Shown one piece after another: positions 56,491-64,000 of a DNA stretch of 64,000 nt. This DNA comes from Eutreptiella sp. 'Long Island Sound 2002' (lineage: Eukaryota > Protista > Euglenida), in contig OZ038378.1 in the NCBI GenBank assembly GCA_964036045.1, positions 140,244,001 to 140,308,000 of the forward strand. The letters run 5' to 3'. The notes beneath the pieces are model-generated. The model was not told the origin of the DNA. It ran no database searches and saw only the letters and a program-made list of their open reading frames with translations. Each line of letters opens with the position of its first letter. The first letter of the stretch is position 1. A program made the translations under genes and the position numbers.

Positions 56491-58801
56491 GATTCCATTG
56501 AATGCTCCGCCACCCCTCAAAGAGAAGCTGTGCCGTCTATCATGGCAAGCGTTGGCCGATCATAGGGTCCTGATGCTAGAACCGACTTAGAGAGCGCCCC
56601 CCCCCCTCCGGTTAGCCCGGTTAGCCCCTCACCCCATAAGTCACTTTTAGGGCTGCCGGGAGCAAGGATGCGCCCCGGCAAGCCCCCACCACATAGGAGG
56701 GTTGACCTGCGTGTCGCGACTCGCGAAAGGGGGGCTAGGGAGCTTGGGGCTAATTGGGCCACTCAGGCTAGCCCACCACTGAGTGACCCGGCGCCGGCCC
56801 ACCCAGTGACCCCTTTGTCACCCCCCGTGTCCCCTTTGTCACCCCCCTCCTCACCCCTCTTGCCACCCCCCTTGTCAACCCCGTCCCCCTTGTCGTTGTC
56901 CTCATCACCACTGCCCCCCTCATCATCCGCTTTGTCCCAATCGCTGTCCTCCATCGCCTCCTGGAGGTACATCTTCGCCTCCTCCCGCGCGGCCAAAAGG
57001 AGGGACCCCGGCACCCGGAAGGTGCGCCCCTCCTTCCCTGTCTTCCTCTTTTTCCCCTTCTTCCCCTTCTTCCCCCCTTGCCATGGAGCCTTCGGAAATC
57101 ACACACCACTCCTCGGGCTCCCGCTCTTCATCCCTATCCGCCAGCACTGTCACCTAGTTGGCGGTCCCCCCATTGCCCCCCTCTCGCTAAGGGACGTACC
57201 AAGTGTTCCCCACAAGAGACACGTTCGCGTAGGGGTCACGGGCGCCGCTCGCCAAGGGGGGGGGGGGGGGGTTGGGTTGGGTTGGGCTGGCGGCCTCATG
57301 CAGGAGCAGGCCCTCGGGTGTGGGCTTCCTTCCCTGCCCCACCACGAGGCTGAACAACCTGACTGTTCGGTTCCAAGGCCGAGCGGACTATCGACAGCCA
57401 CCACACCCCACCGAAGCGCAGGTGGGCGGAAGATACCGTCGTCCTGTGTGTAGGCGCGCGCGCGGGCAGGGGTGTGGGCGGGGGCTGGGCCTTGCGTGTG
57501 GGGGGCAAGTGTGGCCTGGTGCTCCAGGCCCGGTGGGGCAGGCCATGGGAGCCTGACGCTGAGCCCACCGGGGAGTAGTGGGCCAGGGCATCGCATCCTC
57601 TTGGTCATAGAGACACGCTGCCCGCCCGTTCCACGACTGCGTACGCACGGGGACGGGTGTGCGCCGGGCACGACTGGGGGGGACCCGCGCTCCTTGACTG
57701 TCTGTTGGCACAGGTGGCGCTGCTGTACTAGCTGGGTCCCGCACTCCCACGGCCTGGGGCGCTGGTGGCAGGTGGAGGGGTCCCAGGGCGCGCTGAGCGC
57801 TTCCTTGCCTTGGGACCTTCCCGGGAAGGTTCCCGGGTGCGGCGCTGCTGCCCTGTTAGTCCTAGGGGCCCGTAGGGCACACCACCGGACTCGCCCCTCC
57901 AAGGGAAGGGGGAGTGGGGGGCAGGGGTCGGCACGTGGCTGTCTGGCCTCCAGGGGTCGCCCACAAATGCACTGCAGTGCACGGGGCTGTGCTGGCCTAG
58001 GCGTCTGTGATGAGGTTGGAGGGGCGTGTGCACACCTGGAGGTTCCCTGTGCAAGCCGCCCTAGGGATGCCCACAGCGGTCAAGCCGTGAGCCCTTCACA
58101 GCCTCCACTTTTCAGGCCCTGAGGGCGCCGACTCCGTGCATCCCTCCCGTCGGGGGCGCAGGCTGGGGGGGTTGAGTGGTGGTTGGGTATACCTGTCCGT
58201 TCGTTGGCCCATGGTGTTCACTTGTTTGGGAGAGGAGGACCACCTGCTGGGTTACCATGCGGGTCTCAGATCCCGACATACTCGTCATTCACCGTCGGCT
58301 TCTTGTCCGCGAGGGGAGGGACCTCGTTCACCATGTGCCAGCTTGCAGTGAGGTTGCGAGGGCATGCTAAAAGGGGGGGGGTTCTGCTTTTGGTCCCGCC
58401 CAATTTCTGCTGGGGGGGGGGGGGGGGGGGGCAGCAAAAAGTCTGCTCGCCAGTTTCCTGGTCCCCAAGGGGAACCAGCCCACGGCCTGCACCCTCGCTT
58501 TGTGGTGGCTGAAATTCGGGCCGACAGGGCCAAGGGGGGGGGGGCTGGGGTTTTGGGGCGGGTTTGGCCTTTGGCTTGGGTTTGGGTTTGGGCTTGGAGG
58601 CCTTCCGGGGGTGGGTGTCCTTGGGGGTGACCTCTTTGCTCTCATTCTCAGAAAATTTTTACCTTGCTTGTTCTTGGGGGTTGGGGGGGGGGGGGGGGGT
58701 TGCTGCTTGCCTTTGAGGGGGGCGGGGTCTTCCCTGCTGCCATCACACCACTCCACCCGGACTCTAGCCCGGAGGCTCACCACCTGTGACAACAAACAAC
58801 G

Positions 58802-58935
58802 AAGAAAGCGTTCCAGCCACGTTGTAGCAAATTGTTTCAACGATGTTCTAGCGAAATGCTAGTGGCGACGGTGTCGATTTGGCGAGATCAACGCTAGAAC
58901 GCTTCGCCATATCAACACATCAACGCTAGAACAAA
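58802..58935. repeat. Palindromic cassette copy 2 (diverged)
   Basis: GTTCCAGC and GTTCTAGCG on the left; CGCTAGAAC twice on the right. Confidence 0.75.
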
Positions 58936-60178
58936 GCAACCATAGCGTCCCCTGCATGTCGAAGGTGGGTTGGACCGCCCCCGGAGCATTAGGGAAACTG
59001 TCACGGGGGGTCAGGGGGTGCAATGCCTCCTCGGTGGAGGCGATTGCGAGCGGGGGGGGGGGGGGGGGCTTGGAGGGGGAGGCCATCCCGTGGATCAATC
59101 CCCCATAGGCCCCCCGGTTGGAGGCGGCCGCGTCGAACCTCCCAAACCCCATTACCTCCGACCACGTGGGCACCCAAGCCCATGTCCGCCCCTCTGCCCC
59201 CGCGCCCCCAGGCCCAACGCCCCCAACTAATGGTAGAGAAAGCGGGAGTGGGGGGCGCCAGCCTTCTTCACTTGAGGGCTGAAGACGTTACACTGCGCAA
59301 GCTTAAACGTCTTCACCCCCGCCAAGAAGGCCGCTCCACGGTCCACTTCCAACCCCCCCCCCCCCCCCCCAAGCAACCGGTGGTGCACCCGCTACAACAC
59401 AAACCACAGAGTGCAAATTGGACTCTCTAGGGGGGGGAGGAGGGGGGTGCCCAGCCCATGGATGCCCTGGAGGACGGCGGGGTCCTAGGACACGTCCGTG
59501 ATGGCCCCCGCATCCGGTGCCCCAAAAAGTCCTGCAGCCCGTCCGTCACCGCAGTCTTGGCCTTCCCCTCCCCCCCCCCTTCTTCTCCCCCAGCTCCTCC
59601 ACCTCTACCAGGAGAGGGAGGACAAGGCGGAGGACCAAAAGGAACAGGGGGAGACGGAGCGGGTCACATGAGTGGAGACAGCAGTGGAGAAGGCAAAGCA
59701 AAAGGGGGAGAAGAACAAGGATGTGGCCGACTTGCAAAGGGAGGTCGGGAGGTTGGAGAAGTGTGCGGCGGACTTGAAGAAGGGGGGACCGGAGGTGAAG
59801 GAGGAGCACCTTCCTTTCCTCCTTAGCCCTTGCCCCGCTCTGGGCCCGTAAGGTCCCGGAGAGCCGGTGGAGCTCGGACTCTTAGTCCGTGAGGTCCGCC
59901 TGCTTGATGCGGGACCCTCACCCCGGCTCGTCTCCCCAACTCCACCACCCTCCACCTCCTCCGACTTCAGCGCCGCCGAGCCCTACTTGCAAGCGACGCA
60001 AGGGCAAGGGTGTTGCAATGGAGGTTGAGGAAGCGGGGCTTGTGGTTGCAACTTGGCGGGGCTAGCGTCGTGGGGTGGTGAGAGCTCGGGTTGTTGGAGT
60101 TGTTGGGGCTGGGGCTGCTATTGGGCCAACAGGACTAGCAGCCGTGTCGTCTGCATTTCCTGGAGCGCACACACACTA

Positions 60179-60297
60179 CGCGTTCTAGCGGTGTTCTAGG
60201 CCACTATTCTAGCGGCGTTCTAGCGAACTTCTAGTGACCGATTCCGCTTGCTAGATCAACGCTGGAACGCTCGGTTAGATCATCGCTAGAGCACGCA
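60179..60297. repeat. Palindromic cassette copy 3
   Basis: (G)TTCTAGCG three times on the left; CGCTGGAAC and CGCTAGAG on the right. Confidence 0.8.
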
Positions 60298-61195
60298 AAA
60301 TACCTGCCGCAGCAGATGGTTGAGCAAGGCGGGGCCGAATTGGGCCATCGAAAAGAACAGATGTGTGAGCGCCAAGGGAAGACCGCTTGTGTTTTCCACC
60401 CCTCCTCACCTCCATGGGATCTCTCCCTGAGCATGGAACCCTTGTGCACACCCATGGACAATTCAAGACACATCGAAGTATGCGAAAAGCTAGGTCGTGC
60501 GCTTTTTCGGGACATTGGCCTCCTTGTGGATAGCAGACCACTTGCGCCCCGACACCTCGTCAACCGCATCCCCGTGAAACGACCCCCCCCCCCTTCCCGC
60601 CGATTGCTATGCTCTTTGTGCCCATGTTTCAAAAAACGGTTAATGCTCTCCAAAATGTCCCACAGAACATGGCCAACCCAAATGGCCAAATGTTTTGCAA
60701 CATGGCATCCACTTCGCACTGACCCTTGGTGCGCGTTTGAAACCCAATGTTGTTCCGGCCAAATTGTTCCAGTGTTCTAGGCTTTTTGGCCGGAACAAAA
60801 AAAGTTCAAAATTTATTTGCCCCCCAACCAAGCCTACCCGTACATGGTGGCAAAATATGTTGTTTGCTAGCCTTGGGGGTCCCCGCTGGTATGCTTATAT
60901 TTGTTGCCCGACGCGTTGCCACGTGAAAAAAACTTGTTTTCAAAAACAGTTTTGGTTAGAACAGCATTGGAACACCGCTGGAACAAGTTATTGGAAGCTC
61001 GCCGGAACAAGCAATCTACAATAAGAGCAAAGCACAAGGAAGGGTAAAATGGTAACATACATTGTTGTGTAAGGTGCCCCCGGGGGCCCATCGGGTTAGT
61101 CTCTTTGTCTCACCTAAAAGTCCTGCGTGGTCGGGGGCCCGGCGGGCGCCCCCGAACTCTTGTCACCCGCCCCACTATCCCCCCCATCTCCCTCA

Positions 61196-61352
61196 CCGAC
61201 CACCACCCCTTCACCCACCACCCCTTCACCCTCCACCCCTTCACCCACCACCCCTTCACCCTCCACCCCTTCACCCTCCACCCCTTCTCCCACCACCCCT
61301 TCACCCTCCACCCCTTCCACCTCCATCCTTTCCCCCTCCACCCCTTCAACCT
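61196..61352. repeat. 15-bp tandem repeat (CCACCCCTTCACCCW), ~10 copies; reads GEGV(E/V) on the minus strand
   Basis: Direct inspection. Confidence 0.9.
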
Positions 61353-62384
61353 CTTCCCCGACGCCCCCATCCCGGTTAGCCCCGGTAGCACCCAAACCTG
61401 CCCCCGGTCCATCCCCTTCGTCTCCCCCGTCCCCGTCCCCGTCGTTGCTCTCGTCCCCCTCCTCGTCCGCGTCCGCGTCGTCCTCCTTGTCCTCCTCCTC
61501 GGCCGCCATCATCTTGGCGAGGAACTTCTTCGCCTGCGTCTTGGTTTTCCAAACCGACGCTCTCGGGATGGCGAAGACTTCGGGGTCTTTGGGGAAGGAG
61601 ATCCACGTCTCTCCAACCCCGGGGGGGCCACCCGCGGCAAGGGCCTCTTTGCCTTGCTCGATCCCCCGCTGCCCATTGTCCCGAAAAACTACATACACTT
61701 GCTCCCCCGCTTTGTATTTGCACCCCCCCCCCTCTTGCCTTTGGCTTGGCCTTTGACTTGGGTTGGGGGGGCGCGGCTCTCTTGGGAGCCTTGCGAGGGG
61801 GTTTGGTGGGCTCCTTGGCCGGGGGGCGGGGCTGGGGCTCCTCGAACGCCGAGGAGTCGCTGGTGGACCCCGAGGAGGAGTCCGTTGAGGAGTCGCTGGA
61901 CGACTCCTCGCTGGAGGACTCCCCCGGGGGCCTCTTCCTTTTTTTGGGGGGGTGGTTTGGGGGCGCTTTTGGGTTCCCGCTTGGGGGGGCGTTGGGGTTT
62001 GGGTTTGGGTTTGGGTGCTGTTTGGGGGGCTGGGCGGGGGTTCCGGGGTTGGGGTTGCACGGGCGGTGCACACGCGGGCGGGCGGGGGGGCGGGGGCTCT
62101 GCGGCCACTTGTTGGCAGTGCGGCGGCGCTGGGGACAGGTCGCCAATGCTGCCCCGCCCTTCGATGCGCGTCGCGAGAACGCTGCCGCGGGCTGCCACGT
62201 AGTCCATCATGGCCGTGAGGAACTCCAGCACGGCGACGGGCTGCAAGTGCAACTGCTGAAGCAACGTACCCAAATAGATGGGCCGGGGATCGCTTCCTGG
62301 CCAACGAAGGATCACCCGAACGGCGCGCGGGTGCGAAGGGTTGATCTGGATGTCCTCCACCTACATGGAGGATAGCCAGGATGA

Positions 62385-62502
62385 GTGTTCCAGCGACGTT
62401 CCAATAAGCTGTTCCGGCGACGTTCAAAAGACTTTTCAAACTTTTTTTGGTGACAGATTGGAACGTCGCCAGAACAAGCTGTTTGGAACGTCGCCGGAAC
62501 AA
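62385..62502. repeat. Palindromic cassette copy 5, inside predicted intron 62574-62361
   Basis: GTTCCAGCGACGTTCC and GTTCCGGCGACGTTC on the left; GGAACGTCGCCAGAAC and GGAACGTCGCCGGAAC on the right. Confidence 0.9.
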
Positions 62503-63812
62503 TGCACCGGCACGCCAACCATGTGCATTTTTGGGCCCTATTGGCCATGTGGACATGCTTGCGGGGGGGCATACCCGCACGCGCGTGTCCACGTTCTCCT
62601 TGATCGCCGCCAACGCTTGCCGCAATTGCGAGGTCGGCGTGCGCTCACGTTCCGCTAGCACTGCCCGAACGGCAGATTATTGGTGCCGCTGCGCGTCGTC
62701 CTCACACTTGACGCGTAGGGCACTAGGCCGCGACAGCGTTTGGCCAACGACGAAGCCATGGTATTTGCCTTCGTCCTCGACCACATAGATGCCGTCGCGG
62801 AGGATTCGGGTCCAATTGGCCCGAAAGAGGACGGTGTCCTTGCGGGGCGTCGCCCTCACCTCGCCAAGGCCGTGGTCGGCCCAACGCTCAAAAATGAGGT
62901 GCCAATGGCAACTCCCCGCACTGACATAGCCCGCGGTTAGAAATTTGCCCCCCTGCGCCTTGCTGGGGAGCCAGTCGTTGGGGAGGTGTGCCGTGCGCCA
63001 TGTCCCCGGCCTGGTCACCCAGGACACCGGGACCCCCCCCCCCGGCGCAGACCCCTCCTCCCGGCGGCAGCGGCAATCGCGCTGCTCCTTGCAGTGCAGT
63101 TGCTTGTGCAGGAAGCGCTGCAGTAGCCAACGGAGCGTGTAAATGGTGGGGTGGGGGGCTCGTAGGACACAGGCATCCAGGGGGGGGGGGGGGGTTGGGG
63201 CCTACCATCTCCCTTGTCCAAGGAAAATTGGCAGCTTTTGCTGCCAAGGATGAGCCAACTCGGTTGCGCATCCAATCCGTAATGCGCAAGACGCCGCCGG
63301 CGTCATCCCCCTCCCCCCCCCCCCCCTCTTCTTCCTCTCTCTTAACCCCCGGGTTAGCCCTCCGCTCTTCATCCTTCTCATCCACCACCACCTCACCCGG
63401 AGGCCTTTAACATTGCCCCTCGCCTCTTGCAGCTCCCCCAAAACCACGGCCTGCTCCCGAACCCCCCCCCCCCCCCCTTACTCATTGAGCTCCCAGTGGA
63501 GGGCTCGGGCAACTGGGGGCGATGCGCTTGGAGAGGTGCGACTGGCGCGGCCCCTTGTGGGGCAGGCCGTGGCGGCTCCAGTGGCCGGTGAGCGGGGGTT
63601 GCCCACGGAGGATGCGTGGGAGCGCCCTGAGGTGGGGGAGGGGCTGGCGAAGCCAGCGCAGAGCTGCTGCGTGGCTCGGAGCGCGTGGCCCCCTGTGCCC
63701 CCAGTGGGGCTGGCGGGGGTGGTGCAGCCAGTGCTGCCCCCAGGGCCTCGGTCTCGGTCATCCCGTCCTGCAGACAAGGATGCACGAGAGAGGCCAACCC
63801 TACCCAGACACC

Positions 63813-63927
63813 TTGTTCTGGCGACGTTCCAACAACCTGTTCCGGCGACGTTCTGGCGACTTTCCAGTGGCCGCTGGAACGTCGCCAGAACGTCGCCAGA
63901 ACAGGTTGGTCGAACGTCGCCGGAACA
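63813..63927. repeat. Palindromic cassette copy 6
   Basis: GTTCTGGCGACGTTCC...GTTCCGGCGACGTTCTGGCGAC on the left; GTCGCCAGAACGTCGCCAGAAC...GAACGTCGCCGGAAC on the right. Confidence 0.9.
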
Positions 63928-64000
63928 GTGGAAAATAGACACAGTTCCGCGCGCGCACAGGGCGCACTGCGTGCACTACGGCCCCGTGGGGGCGGGGGGG

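Larger units (their letters stand above)
61114..63767 (-). pseudogene. Degenerate multi-exon gene of unknown family (Pro-rich linkers, chromo-shadow-like and Tudor/SH3-like segments, acidic tail)
   Basis: Acceptors at 63768, 62921 (CTAAC branch ~15 nt upstream) and 62361; donors GTAAG at 63481 and GTATG at 62574. Intron 62574-62361 joins ...KENVDTRVR to VEDIQINPSH... in frame. One internal TAA (62677) and a frameshift in a G/C run. Confidence 0.45.

Noticed and set aside
63932-63942. GTGTCTATTTT on the minus strand, resembling part of the euglenid spliced leader as I recall it
   Set aside because: Only an 11-nt match, with no remainder of the leader, donor site or SL-RNA structure.

Overview
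A eukaryotic, repeat-dominated 64-kb window with one 200-N assembly gap. The species cannot be determined from the sequence. The centrepiece is a ~11.7-kb Helitron-type rolling-circle element at ~28.8-40.5 kb. Its reconstructed single reading frame (~3,370 aa) runs: USP/C19 deubiquitinase, acidic linker, C2H2 finger, Cys-rich region, DUF6570-like region, HUH/Y2 Rep, PIF1-type SF1 helicase, Stc1-like C4 finger, 13 tandem 26-aa double-CxxC repeats, two more Stc1-like fingers, and a C-terminal DnaJ (HPD) domain. The frame carries a 1,135-bp-offset internal duplication whose spacer contains a 70-nt GT-AG intron candidate that would restore the frame. It also has four in-frame stops, and four palindromes lie just downstream. 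The flanks hold decayed tyrosine-recombinase (DIRS/Ngaro-like) and Penelope-like retroelement fragments, several minisatellites and satellites (41-bp, 62-bp, 25-bp with a 100-bp higher-order phase, ~190-200-bp), a ~1.2-kb-arm inverted repeat, isolated exon candidates, and a recurring palindromic cassette (GTTCYRGCG...CGCYRGAAC) that sits inside predicted GT-AG introns of a degenerate minus-strand gene. All domain calls come from motif recognition by eye, not from database searches.
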